Assembly (NCBI GenBank): GCA_043814055.1
Contig: JBDRKL010000004.1
Location: forward strand, 64,001-128,000
DNA: 64,000 bases
From: an archaeon
GTDB lineage: Archaea; Undinarchaeota; Undinarchaeia; Undinarchaeales; JBDRKL01
Direction of reading: 5' to 3'
Shown here: positions 38,790 through 48,427 of the stretch, in pieces
How the letters are laid out: each line of letters opens with the position of its first letter
Position numbering within the stretch: position 1 is the stretch's first letter
Program-made: the position numbers and the translations under genes
The notes under the pieces: generated by a model
Databases searched by the model: none
What the model was told of the DNA's origin: nothing
The model's input: only the letters and a program-made list of their open reading frames with translations

Positions 38790-39065
38790 TTAGAGTATTA
38801 GTTTACTGTCAATTTCCTCTTTAATTTCCTTAATGAAACGCGGATTCAATGAAACGTGGTCGTCTTCAACTGTTTTCTTTAGCATAATTTTTCTCTCCTT
38901 AACTAGGTCTGCTATGGCTCTTTTAGTCTCTTTTGATCCTCGGTTCTCCCGCGGAATCTTCTTTAGCATGTTCACGACACTTGTATGAGCCCCGCCCCAC
39001 TTGCCTCTACGGTCCAAAGTTTCCAGCACGATTCGTCTCATCAAGCAATACTTTTCATAGTCCAT
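38790..39065 (-). CDS. Small basic hypothetical protein (WGGxHT motif)
   Basis: 91 aa; WGGAHT...HVSLNP; co-oriented with the HTH gene. Confidence 0.65.
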   Translation of the reverse strand: MDYEKYCLMRRIVLETLDRRGKWGGAHTSVVNMLKKIPRENRGSKETKRAIADLVKERKIMLKKTVEDDHVSLNPRFIKEIKEEIDSKLIL

Positions 39066-39125
39066 ATCGCCCAGAGCTTCAGATGAATATATAACCTTTT
39101 TTTAACTCTACTAGGTTTGTTGAGC

Positions 39126-40097
39126 ATGAACATCCTCGGAATTGAGTCCACAGCGCACACCTTGGGAATCGGTGTCTGCACAGATGAAGGTGAAATAATC
39201 TCAAGCGAGAAGATTACATACATTCCGGAGTCTGGCGGCATAGTGCCGCGCGAAGCAGCTGAATACCAGGCAGACCATTTTAAAGAAGTTCTTGACAAGG
39301 CAACTGAGAAAGGTGGATTGGATGAAATCGACGCGTTTGCATTCGCGCAGGGACCTGGTCTCGGACCGTGCCTCAGAATCGGAGCCACAGCCGCCCGCTA
39401 CTTATCTGAAGTTTACAAAAAACCGCTCATCGGTGTTAACCACTGCGTTGCACATATCGAAATCGGCAAGCTCGCAACAGGAACAAAAGACCCGGTTGTG
39501 CTTTATGTCTCAGGCGGGAACACGCAGGTCATCGCATACTCCGGCGGCAGGTACAGAGTCTTTGGGGAAACCTTGGACGTTGCAGTAGGAAACTGCCTTG
39601 ACCAATTCAGCAGAGAATTAGGTTTACAGCACCCAGGCGGGCCAAAGATAGAAGCGCTCGCGCTTGAGGGAAAAAATTACATTGAGCTCCCCTACGTTGT
39701 GAAAGGAATGGACTTGTCATTCTCAGGAATACTAACTTCGGTCAAGAACAAAGTGAAAGACCACAGCAAGGAAGATTTGTGCTACTCGTTCCAGGAAACC
39801 GCGTTCGCAATGCTCACCGAAGTCACTGAGCGCGCAATGGCGCACACAGAGAAGCAAGAATTGCTCGTAACAGGCGGGGTCGCGGCTAACCAAAGACTCG
39901 CGGGAATGCTCGGCACAATGTGCAAAGAGCGCGGCGCAGAGTTCCACGTGGTTCCAATGGAGCACGCCGGCGACAACGGTCTGATGATTGCGTGGACAGG
40001 AGCAGTTATGCTCAAAGCCGGGCTAACAACTGAGCTTAAGGATTCAAAAATAAATCAAAGGTTCCGCACAGATCAGGTTGATGTTACTTGGATGTGA
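39126..40097 (+). CDS. kae1: tRNA t6A threonylcarbamoyltransferase Kae1
   Basis: LGIESTAHT, GPGLGPCL, NHCVAHIE, VSGGNT, DNGLMIA. Confidence 0.97.
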   Translation: MNILGIESTAHTLGIGVCTDEGEIISSEKITYIPESGGIVPREAAEYQADHFKEVLDKATEKGGLDEIDAFAFAQGPGLGPCLRIGATAARYLSEVYKKPLIGVNHCVAHIEIGKLATGTKDPVVLYVSGGNTQVIAYSGGRYRVFGETLDVAVGNCLDQFSRELGLQHPGGPKIEALALEGKNYIELPYVVKGMDLSFSGILTSVKNKVKDHSKEDLCYSFQETAFAMLTEVTERAMAHTEKQELLVTGGVAANQRLAGMLGTMCKERGAEFHVVPMEHAGDNGLMIAWTGAVMLKAGLTTELKDSKINQRFRTDQVDVTWM

Positions 40098-40100
40098 TTC

Positions 40101-40556
40101 TTATTTTATCTTGCCACTCTTAAGCAATTTCTCTATTTCCTTTTTCACTTTGTCAGGCTGTTTCTTATATACCGCACTGCAGACAGTCAGCTCAGACAAT
40201 CTGCACTCTACTGCAGTTGCTTGTATTGCCGCTAAGACATCTCCTTTGTTGTGCTCCTCAAACGCAGTAAGTATCTTGGAGTTAAATCTTTTTTTTGGCT
40301 GCGGGTTCCGTGTTGAGGGGCGCGTATTATTCTTTTTTATAGGGCTATCTGGAATTTCGCCTGACTTTATCCTTGAACTAATGCATGCAAGTTCTCTGCG
40401 CTCGTCCTTAGTAAGCATTGAGCGCACAGCTTTGCAAACATTAAGGGCGCTGACTCCACACTCTTTTGAAGTATTGATAATCGCAGTTTCCAGAGTATTA
40501 GTTGCCATCTGCTGCTTGTACTCTTCACGTACTAATACTGGCCACGTTATTCTCAT
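40101..40556 (-). CDS. Hypothetical protein with internal duplication
   Basis: AIINTSKECGVSALNVC / AIQATAVECRLSELTVC HTH-like repeats. Confidence 0.6.
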   Translation of the reverse strand: MRITWPVLVREEYKQQMATNTLETAIINTSKECGVSALNVCKAVRSMLTKDERRELACISSRIKSGEIPDSPIKKNNTRPSTRNPQPKKRFNSKILTAFEEHNKGDVLAAIQATAVECRLSELTVCSAVYKKQPDKVKKEIEKLLKSGKIK

Positions 40557-40562
40557 ATTATG

Positions 40563-41090
40563 TCACTTCTCAACCTTCTGCAACTCAACACCGCAGTCCT
40601 TCATAATCTTCTCAGCCATCAAATCCGGATAGCCGTTCTCATAAATTAGCTTTTTAATTCCGGCATTAACTATCATCTTCGCGCAAACTGAGCACGGAGT
40701 GTTCGTGCAATACATTGTCGCGCCTTTGATTGAAACTCCAAACACCGCTGACTGAATAATTGCGTTCTGCTCAGCGTGCAAGCCAGTGCAGAGCTCGTGC
40801 CGCTCTCCGCTCGGAACTTTCAAATCGTCGCGCAGGCATCCGATTTCGTCGCAGTGCTTCATCCCTTTTGGATTACCATTGTAGCCAGTTGTGAGGATGT
40901 GTTTGTCTTTCACAATCACTGCGCCGACCATCCTGCGCGGGCAGGTTGAGCGCTCTTTCACAAGGTGAGCCATCTTCATAAAATATTCATTGCTTGACGG
41001 TCTCCCCTTAGTTTTACCACCCTCGGTCTCAGCCCAGCTGCCTTTGGACATGAATTCTTCTAGTTTTTCCTTGTAGTTTACTTCAGCCAT
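40563..41090 (-). CDS. dCMP deaminase (ComEB-like)
   Basis: RSTC.RR.VGA, TGYNG, HAEQNA, PCSVC. Confidence 0.93.
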   Translation of the reverse strand: MAEVNYKEKLEEFMSKGSWAETEGGKTKGRPSSNEYFMKMAHLVKERSTCPRRMVGAVIVKDKHILTTGYNGNPKGMKHCDEIGCLRDDLKVPSGERHELCTGLHAEQNAIIQSAVFGVSIKGATMYCTNTPCSVCAKMIVNAGIKKLIYENGYPDLMAEKIMKDCGVELQKVEK

Positions 41091-41123
41091 TTCAAACTCC
41101 CCAATCGCACAGTGTTTGAAATA
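41088..41123 (-). promoter_or_regulatory. Start-codon-sequestering hairpin, copy 3 (dCMP deaminase)
   Basis: ATTTCAAAC-N16-GTTTGAAAT(G) on the minus strand with SD-like GGGGAG inside; C-G replaces the G-C pair of copies 1-2. Confidence 0.45.
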
Positions 41124-41207
41124 GACACAAAGCTTATTTTACGTATAAACTTTGTGTCGTATGTCTCCCGAAGCAAATAAAAGGTTAGGAGTTTATTAAA
41201 GTTTGCT

Positions 41208-41252
41208 ATGAACAAATTCCTCAAGCTCGGCGCAGAGGCAAAGAATGATTAG
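41208..41252 (+). pseudogene. Displaced copy of the bud32 5' end
   Basis: MNKFLKLGAEAK(ND*) vs MQSKFLKLGAEAK at 41798; synonymous differences only in the shared part. Confidence 0.88.
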
Positions 41253-41808
41253 GTCATCTATTATAGCGGAAAAGATTTGGGAATATCTTAGGGATAACTT
41301 GGGTAAACTCAAAGACAAGTACACAAAGCCCAATGACAGAGTAGAACTGGTAAGAGGGATAGTGAAAGAAATCGGCACAAATGCTCGCACAGTAAACCCC
41401 TTCTTCAGTTACCTCCTTCAGGCTCCGCAAAAAGGTTGGAAAGTAAAATGGGGTTCCTTCTTCAAGAGAATGCATGAAGAGGATGTATTTTTCTTCTTGC
41501 AGTTGTCCCTTTTCATTTACAAGATTACTAGAGGGGGGGCGAGAAAATCAGGTGTGGTTTCTGCAATAGGCCTTGGGTATACGTTCAAAGCAACAGGCAG
41601 GGAACTTGACGACGTGTACAAAACCGGTGCCACAGGGTTTATCTACAGTTACATACGAAAAAATGGCAGCATAACTGTTCCGGATGACTGCACAAAAGTG
41701 CAGGCCTACCTGAAGGATCAGTACCAAAAGCACGATATAACAACAGTGCTTTCAACAATTACAACACTACTGCTCTGTGGGAGTATAGAGGTGCAGGGTG
41801 CAAAGTAA
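41245..41808 (+). CDS. Hypothetical cargo protein between the two bud32 5' ends
   Basis: 187-aa orphan ORF whose stop overlaps the bud32 start. Confidence 0.6.
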   Translation: MIRSSIIAEKIWEYLRDNLGKLKDKYTKPNDRVELVRGIVKEIGTNARTVNPFFSYLLQAPQKGWKVKWGSFFKRMHEEDVFFFLQLSLFIYKITRGGARKSGVVSAIGLGYTFKATGRELDDVYKTGATGFIYSYIRKNGSITVPDDCTKVQAYLKDQYQKHDITTVLSTITTLLLCGSIEVQGAK

Positions 41809-42394
41809 ATTCCTAAAGCTCGGCGCAGAAGCGAAACTCACCCGAAAAGGCGACAAGCTCACAAAGGAGCGCATCAAGAAAGGGTACCGCCTGAAAGAAA
41901 TAGACGAGCCGCTCAGAAAACAAAGAACCGCGCGGGAAGCGAGCCTGATGGACAGGGCAAGGCGAGCCGGAGTTCTAGTCCCAAAGATTTACAAAGTTGA
42001 CAAGGAAAAAATGAGCATTGAAATGGATTTCCTTGAAGCGAAGCGAATTGACCAGGTTCTGACTGAAGAGCTCTGCGCGCAAACAGGAGCTGAAATCGCA
42101 AAGCTGCACGATGCTGACATAATCCACGGCGACTTGACAACTTCAAACATCCTTGTGAAAGAAGACGGCATTTACTTCATAGACTTCGGGCTCGGCGAAG
42201 TTTCAAAAAGCATTGAGAAGAAAGGCGTTGACCTGCGCGTGTTTAAGGAAGCAATCCGCGCGACAAAAGGCGAGGAAGCTGACAAGTACATAGACGCGGC
42301 GATGAAAGCGTATGTGGAAAATTCAGAATCCGGCGCAGAAGTTTTAAAGCGCTTGGAAAAAATCGAGACAAGAGGCAGGTATAAAGAGCGTTAA
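41798..42394 (+). CDS. bud32: KEOPS kinase/ATPase Bud32
   Basis: GAEA, K.YR...RT..EA, IIHGDLTTSN, IDFGL, RGRY. Confidence 0.95.
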   Translation: MQSKFLKLGAEAKLTRKGDKLTKERIKKGYRLKEIDEPLRKQRTAREASLMDRARRAGVLVPKIYKVDKEKMSIEMDFLEAKRIDQVLTEELCAQTGAEIAKLHDADIIHGDLTTSNILVKEDGIYFIDFGLGEVSKSIEKKGVDLRVFKEAIRATKGEEADKYIDAAMKAYVENSESGAEVLKRLEKIETRGRYKER

Positions 42395-43206
42395 TCTGAA
42401 TTGTCTTTGTCTATTCCGCACTTCAAAATCATCTTCCTATACTTCTCCGGTTCAGCAAATTTTTCAGTCAGTTCCAGATACTCTCCCACCAGTTCTTCAC
42501 GCGCCGGCGCCTGACCTTTTTTAAGCCTGTCAAATATCGCAGGGTCTCGCACAGCTTCCCGTCCTATCATAACTCCTTTCACTCCCATGTTTTTTAGAAA
42601 CTCCACCTGCTTTTTTGTGTGTATGTCGCCGTTCGCGATTATGTTTTTTCCTGTTTCCACGCACTCTTCATAAACTGAAAAATCAGCAGGCTCCGCGCTG
42701 GTCTGCGTGCCGTGCCTTGCGTGGACCACGAAGAACTCTGCGTCAACTCCACTAATCAGATTCAGGTAAACCTTGTTCTCCTTGTCCCTCTGATTTAGGC
42801 CGAGTCGCATCTTCACAGATGCCTTGAACCCGTGGTCCCTAAACATATCCAACAGTTTCTTGGTCTTTGCCACGCGCCTAACCAGCGCGCACCCCTGCCC
42901 TTCTCTTATTACTTCAGGGCTCGGGCAGCCAAGGTTGAGGTTGAACCCCTCAAAACCTTTTGGCGGCTCAAACATAGCGAGAAACTGCGTGAACTGCGAC
43001 TCGCTGACTCCAAGGAGCTGGGCGACCACAGGCGTCTCGTCCTTGAAATCAAGGCGGGACCAGGTGAGCTTGTTCTTCCGCGCGAGCCCGCCTACTTTTA
43101 CCAGCTCTGTGAATGTGAGGTCAGCGCCGTGCCTGTGGCAAAGCGTTCTGAACGCGTTGCTGGTGATACCCTCCATCGGAGCCAGCATATACTGGAATTC
43201 ATTCAT
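42391..43206 (-). CDS. tRNA-dihydrouridine synthase family protein
   Basis: LAPMEG, NLNLGCP, VHAR, ANGDI, GVMIGR. Confidence 0.92.
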   Translation of the reverse strand: MNEFQYMLAPMEGITSNAFRTLCHRHGADLTFTELVKVGGLARKNKLTWSRLDFKDETPVVAQLLGVSESQFTQFLAMFEPPKGFEGFNLNLGCPSPEVIREGQGCALVRRVAKTKKLLDMFRDHGFKASVKMRLGLNQRDKENKVYLNLISGVDAEFFVVHARHGTQTSAEPADFSVYEECVETGKNIIANGDIHTKKQVEFLKNMGVKGVMIGREAVRDPAIFDRLKKGQAPAREELVGEYLELTEKFAEPEKYRKMILKCGIDKDNSD

Positions 43207-43344
43207 GCCAATAACTTGAAACGCGGATTATATAAGGTTTATACCGGCGCAGAAACAGCAGAGCGCTGTATAAATCAATGTATAATCTCAAAGAACCGCC
43301 GCGTCCCAGATAAGTATTTAAGCAAAAGTTTTCATAGATATTTT

Positions 43345-44058
43345 ATGAAGGAATTCGATGTGTTGCCCTGCCCAAAGTGCAAAGGTTATTCTCTTGAAGG
43401 GGCTAAAATCCAGGTTAAGGATGGCAGGATACGCATAGTCCACACGGACTGCGGTGGCCGGCCCGCGGTTGCTGTAACCAAGATTTCCAAAAACGTTTTG
43501 TTTGAGCTCAAAACCTGTTTGAAAGATTTCAAGCTTTCAAGCAAGAAGGGATTTGAGCAACCAGGACTGGAGCTCTGGTGGGATATCTTCTCCGCTGTCC
43601 TAAACTCACTAAGTTCTGAAGTTTTCAAAGAAAAAGGGGAGTACGCGGAAGAGAAGGCTGTAATACTCATTAAAACCATACAAATGGCTGAGAAGTATCT
43701 GTGGAGTTATGTAGACCTAGACCCATCGCGTATTCGAGAAATCAATCAGGACAATTATAAAAAATTCCGGGAAGGTATGCTGAAGCAAATGTCAGAGTTG
43801 CTTGGTGAGTCGGTTGAAATTGATACCGATGTAATCCGCGCCAGGGTCAAAGAGTTTGCAGACAATAAATTCAACCCTGAGAGCATTACCGATTGGTGGA
43901 GATCTGACTTTCGCATCGTAAGGCAGTTCATCTTAGATGTAAAAGAACTCGATATGAATTCTGCTGGAAAATCAGAGCTCATATCTTATCTCCTTATTAT
44001 GGAGATGTACTACGGGCCTATCCTTGCCTATGATGAAATAACAGTGCAAAGTAAATAA
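43345..44058 (+). CDS. Hypothetical protein with N-terminal Zn-ribbon (CPKC...HTDC)
   Basis: Start placed at MKEFDV; the longer frame overlaps the dus gene antisense. Confidence 0.6.
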   Translation: MKEFDVLPCPKCKGYSLEGAKIQVKDGRIRIVHTDCGGRPAVAVTKISKNVLFELKTCLKDFKLSSKKGFEQPGLELWWDIFSAVLNSLSSEVFKEKGEYAEEKAVILIKTIQMAEKYLWSYVDLDPSRIREINQDNYKKFREGMLKQMSELLGESVEIDTDVIRARVKEFADNKFNPESITDWWRSDFRIVRQFILDVKELDMNSAGKSELISYLLIMEMYYGPILAYDEITVQSK

Positions 44059-44219
44059 TGGTGCACTATGAGTTGCTTTAGCAGCCATGTGCTAATATAG
44101 GTTCTATAGCGCAAAGAAAGGTAATTATAAATAAGCACCAAGCTCGGCGCAGAGACGTGGAAGTGCGGCAGGTACAAAGAAAGATAGTTTATAAATAGTT
44201 CACTCTACATTATTTTATT

Positions 44220-46319
44220 ATGGTAAGCACGAAGAAAGCAATTATTGTTATTGTTATTCTAGTTATCATACTTGTTGCACTTTTCCTAGTAGCTCTAGAG
44301 GCTGGCTGGTTGGACTCAATCAGTTTTGGCAGTGGCGGTGGAGGCGGTAGCGGTGGGAGCAGTACCCCGCGGCAAGGTGGTCAAACCACTTCAGCTAACT
44401 GGGGGAACATTATTATCCTTATCATAGTTATGGGCAGTCTTGGCGGGCTTGGCAAGGGTATAACAGGTACACAGCGCTACCAGAATTGGAAAGCTGGCAA
44501 GGATGAAGAGGGTGCAAAAACTCCTGACAAAAAGAAATCTAAAGCGGAAAAGGAGGCGGAAAAAAAGAAAAAGAAGGCGGAAAAGGAAGCTCAACAAAGG
44601 CTGAAGAAGGCAGACGAGGCGCGCAAGAAACAAGTAAAAGCCGAGGCGAAAGAGCGAAAAAAAGCCGAACAAAAACGTCTTCCACTTGAAGACATAAACC
44701 AAAAGACGAAAGCACGCTTCGGTGACCCTGGCAAAGTTCCTCTTTCTAAACGGGACATATGCCCGCACTGCGGAAATCTAATTTACAAAGGCACTAAAAA
44801 GTGTCCGCTCTGCAAAAAAGATCCTAGAAAGAAAGCTCAGAAGAAAACGAGAGACACTGCTTCTGCGTCTCAAGGTGCCTCCTCTTTTTGGACAACCTGC
44901 GAAAATTGCGGAAAGCCTCTTGGCAAGGATATGACAATCTGCGAGGTGTGCCACCACGCAGTTGGTCAGAAAGATTCTCCAAAGCAGCCAAAAGGCAAGG
45001 GGGCATCTCCTCCAGTGCACAGCGTTTCTAAATATTCAGAATCTAATAAAATAAAATGCCATAACTGCTACAAGGAAATCTCAAAATATTCTGAGGTTTG
45101 CCCTCATTGTAACGCACGCCAAATTCCAGCAGAGCTTTCTGATCTTCATATCCCGCTGGAAAAAAAGAAGTTCTGGCCTTTTGGAAAAACAGTTGAGTTC
45201 GGCCACGCGCTGTTTGACGAGGACGGCAAGCCGATTCCAAACACGCCGCACGGCTCAACAATCATCTGTCCAAAATGTCATAAATCACTTATGATGTTCA
45301 AGGTCAAGCCGAATCACAGTGTGAAGGCCGCAGTCTGCCCAAACTGCAAGTTCAACGCGCTCAAGGACGACAAGCAACTGAAGGGGCTTTTTGAAAAGAT
45401 AAAGCCGTGCCCATACTGCAAGAGCCACTCGCTCAAGCACACAGTTCTTATTTTAATCAAGCATCAAATCCCTGCCTCAGCTGGGACAAAGGAAGTGGAC
45501 ATTGGCATGTATGGAATTCACAGGGGCAGGTGCTTCACCGCTTACTCCAAGCAAATTGGTAGCAGACCAGCACTTGAGATAACTAAAAAGCATCTTAAAG
45601 ACCACTCAGAGACGGACTGGTATATACCTGGCAAATCTGCCGAGGCTATTTTGTCCGACGACGACTACGCTGGCTTACCTGACCACGGCGGACTGGCTGA
45701 TGATGGTTATTCCAGGGAAACGGAAAATCAGGAAGCTTCACCTGAAAGTCTGACTGAGCAGCTCAGGCAAAAATACAAGGGCAGGATAAAGACTATTGGC
45801 TCAAACGAATCCGTGCGCTGCCCGAAGTGCAAGACGTTGGGCAAAATCCTTTTCATCACATACGGCTACAACTCGCTCGCAGGAACTTACAGCGCAGTAG
45901 GCATCTGCGACAATTGTAAAGAGGAGCAAATCACAGTTGGCACCAAAATCCGCAAGTGCATAATCTGCGGCAACAAGTCGTTGCATTACGCAAAGGTTGC
46001 CGCTTCCTTCAAGGGGCTCACCTTGGTGCACAACGCGTGCTATGCCAAGCTGAAAAACAAAGACGACGCGCAATTTGAGAAACCCAGGAAGAAGCGGGAA
46101 CAGAAGGAGGCCAAGAAAGTGCCCAAGACAGAATCAACCGAGAAGTCAGGCTTTTTCGCGCGGCTTTTTGGCCGTGGTGACAAAGAGGCGGATGAAGATG
46201 TGGGTGGAGCGGATGATATGGCAGGCATGGTCAAGTGTTCTAAATGTGAAGCAATCATGCCCAAGGACGCTGATATCTGCTTTGAGTGCGGCGCTGATTT
46301 TACTGAGGATGATGAATAG
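44220..46319 (+). CDS. Membrane-anchored multi-zinc-ribbon protein
   Basis: Two N-terminal TM helices, K/E coiled coil, 14 CxxC motifs plus two H..C motifs. Confidence 0.75.
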   Translation: MVSTKKAIIVIVILVIILVALFLVALEAGWLDSISFGSGGGGGSGGSSTPRQGGQTTSANWGNIIILIIVMGSLGGLGKGITGTQRYQNWKAGKDEEGAKTPDKKKSKAEKEAEKKKKKAEKEAQQRLKKADEARKKQVKAEAKERKKAEQKRLPLEDINQKTKARFGDPGKVPLSKRDICPHCGNLIYKGTKKCPLCKKDPRKKAQKKTRDTASASQGASSFWTTCENCGKPLGKDMTICEVCHHAVGQKDSPKQPKGKGASPPVHSVSKYSESNKIKCHNCYKEISKYSEVCPHCNARQIPAELSDLHIPLEKKKFWPFGKTVEFGHALFDEDGKPIPNTPHGSTIICPKCHKSLMMFKVKPNHSVKAAVCPNCKFNALKDDKQLKGLFEKIKPCPYCKSHSLKHTVLILIKHQIPASAGTKEVDIGMYGIHRGRCFTAYSKQIGSRPALEITKKHLKDHSETDWYIPGKSAEAILSDDDYAGLPDHGGLADDGYSRETENQEASPESLTEQLRQKYKGRIKTIGSNESVRCPKCKTLGKILFITYGYNSLAGTYSAVGICDNCKEEQITVGTKIRKCIICGNKSLHYAKVAASFKGLTLVHNACYAKLKNKDDAQFEKPRKKREQKEAKKVPKTESTEKSGFFARLFGRGDKEADEDVGGADDMAGMVKCSKCEAIMPKDADICFECGADFTEDDE

Positions 46320-46350
46320 CCTCGCCCAAATTACATAACCTCTTATTCCA

Positions 46351-46770
46351 ATGAAATTCACAAAACAATCCGACAATGAATACTTCGGCAGGTTTGAGGA
46401 GAACGAAGACCTCAAGCAAGCGCTCCTTGAGCTCTGCAAAACTGAAAACATTCAAAGCGGCTGGTTCACAATCATCGGCGCGGTGAAGAACTCTGAAATC
46501 GCATTCTATGACCAGGACCAGGGCAAATACCTGAATATGGCTCTTGACGAGCACGCTGAAATCATCAACTGCACAGGCAACGTCTCTTTGAACGAGGGCG
46601 AGCCGTTCGTGCACATGCACGCAACGCTCGCGGACAGGGAAGGCAGGGCATACGGCGGGCACGTGACGCGCGCAAAGGTCTTCGCCGCTGAGTTTTACAT
46701 TAAAAAATTTGACAAGCCGGTTGAGCGCAGAAAGGACGAGTCAATTGGACTGGGGCTGCTGGAGCCATGA
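46351..46770 (+). CDS. PPC/DUF296 domain protein
   Basis: IGAV...EI...GNV...PFVHMH...YGGHV. Confidence 0.9.
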   Translation: MKFTKQSDNEYFGRFEENEDLKQALLELCKTENIQSGWFTIIGAVKNSEIAFYDQDQGKYLNMALDEHAEIINCTGNVSLNEGEPFVHMHATLADREGRAYGGHVTRAKVFAAEFYIKKFDKPVERRKDESIGLGLLEP

Positions 46771-47312
46771 TTCACTTCGCAACAACAAACCCTGGGAAAT
46801 TCAGGGAAGCAAAGGCTTTGTTTGAGAAAAACAATTTAGAACTCAGCCAGTTCAACGAAGAGCTCACTGAAATCCAGACCGATGATGTTGAGCAACTTGC
46901 CCTACACTCAGTCCGCGAGGCATACGAGAAGCTCAAGCAGCCTGTCTTCGTTGAGGACGCGGGCATTTTCATCAAATCGCTCAAGGGCTTCCCTGGTGTT
47001 TACAGCAAGCAGGCATACCTCACAATCGGCTTGAAAGGAATATTGAAACTTCTTGAAGGCGTTGAAGACCGGAGCGCAGAGTTCTGCGCGGTCATCGCAT
47101 ACAAGGACGGCTCCGGCGAAAAAGTATTTAAAGGAGTCTGCATAGGTAATATCTCCCGCGAAGTGCGCGGGCGAGGTGGTTTTGGTTTTGACCCTATATT
47201 CCTCCCGAAAGGGCGCGAAAAAACTTTCGCCGAGGATGTTGAAACTAAATCCAACCTGTCTCATCGCGCGAACGCTTTGAGCAAATTAATTGGACATTTA
47301 AAAAATGGCTAG
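46767..47312 (+). CDS. rdgB: Non-canonical purine NTP pyrophosphatase (RdgB/HAM1)
   Basis: FATTNPGKFRE, EDAG, FPGVYS, GFGFDPIF, SHR. Confidence 0.93.
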   Translation: MIHFATTNPGKFREAKALFEKNNLELSQFNEELTEIQTDDVEQLALHSVREAYEKLKQPVFVEDAGIFIKSLKGFPGVYSKQAYLTIGLKGILKLLEGVEDRSAEFCAVIAYKDGSGEKVFKGVCIGNISREVRGRGGFGFDPIFLPKGREKTFAEDVETKSNLSHRANALSKLIGHLKNG

Positions 47313-47760
47313 AATGTATTCACGAAGGAAGGGGAAATCCGGCAGCAAGAAGCCGATTAGTTCAGAGACTCCAAAATGGGTCAAGATTCCTCCAAAGGAT
47401 GTTGAAACCATCATAGTTGAGCTCGCGAACAACGGCAGGCACGAAGCCGAGATAGGCATAATCCTGAGGGACCAGCACGGAGTTCCAAGCGTCAAGAATG
47501 TGACTGAGAAGAGCATCTCCCAGATACTCAGGGAGAACAAGCTGGAGCAGCGCCTCCCAAGCGACTTGACCCATCTCATAATCAGGGCTGCAAAAATAAA
47601 GAACCATATGAAAGCGCACAAGCAGGATATGGACGGGAAGCGCGGCCTTCAGTTGACCGAATCAAAAATAAGGAGGCTAGCTAAGTACTACAAGGCTAAT
47701 GGCGTTATTGAAAAAGACTGGCGCTACGAGAACGAGCGGCTTGAATTCCTAGGCGGATAA
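47305..47760 (+). CDS. rps15: Ribosomal protein S15/S13e (uS15)
   Basis: MARMYSRRKGKSGS...IG.ILRDQHG...ESKIRRL.KYYK. Confidence 0.97.
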   Translation: MARMYSRRKGKSGSKKPISSETPKWVKIPPKDVETIIVELANNGRHEAEIGIILRDQHGVPSVKNVTEKSISQILRENKLEQRLPSDLTHLIIRAAKIKNHMKAHKQDMDGKRGLQLTESKIRRLAKYYKANGVIEKDWRYENERLEFLGG

Positions 47761-47762
47761 AA

Positions 47763-48392
47763 ATGGCAAGGGAAACAGTTGACAAGTGGAAGAGCAAGAA
47801 ATTCTTTGATGTTGTAGCCCCGCCGCTATTCAGGAACGCTGTCATAGGGCAGACAATCGCATCAGACATTCGCAAAGTCCCGGGCCGAATAGTAATGGCC
47901 AACTACAGCACAATCATAGGCGATCCGAACTCAAGGAACAACAAGGTCAAGCTCAAGTTCAAAATCACAGGTGTCAAGGGCGAGAAGGCAGAGACAGAGT
48001 TCCTTGGTCACGCGCTTGTCCAGGACTATCAGCGCAGTTTGGCGAGGCGCAGGACGAGCAAGGTATACAAGAATCAGGTAGTCACCACAAAGGACGGAAA
48101 AAGACTTCGCGTGAAATCAATTATTGTTACAACTAGGCAGGTTAAGAAGTCAATGAAGAGCGAGCTTGGCAAGAAACTTCTTGAGTTCATGGCTGAGGAT
48201 GCAAAGCAGTACAATTACAATGAATTCATCAATGACGCAGTTTCTGGCAGGATTTCAATGCGAATGAAGAAAGGGCTTTCCAAGTTCTACCCGCTCAGGC
48301 ACGCAGTGGTTGAAAAGACCGAAGTTATTAAGGAAGCTGTGAAGGCTGAGCCGAAGGTTGAAGAGAAGCCTGCAGAAGAGAAGAAGGAATAG
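47763..48392 (+). CDS. rps3ae: Ribosomal protein S3Ae (eS1)
   Basis: DKWKSKK.F.V.AP..F...Y.RSL.RRRTSK...V.TKDG...YPLR. Confidence 0.95.
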   Translation: MARETVDKWKSKKFFDVVAPPLFRNAVIGQTIASDIRKVPGRIVMANYSTIIGDPNSRNNKVKLKFKITGVKGEKAETEFLGHALVQDYQRSLARRRTSKVYKNQVVTTKDGKRLRVKSIIVTTRQVKKSMKSELGKKLLEFMAEDAKQYNYNEFINDAVSGRISMRMKKGLSKFYPLRHAVVEKTEVIKEAVKAEPKVEEKPAEEKKE

Positions 48393-48427
48393 GAAGCTTT
48401 ATTAATTCTATAAGACACCATATTACT

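Noticed and set aside
42832-43344. N-terminal part of the 408-aa ORF
   Set aside because: Antisense shadow of the dus gene; a plausible start is ATG 43345
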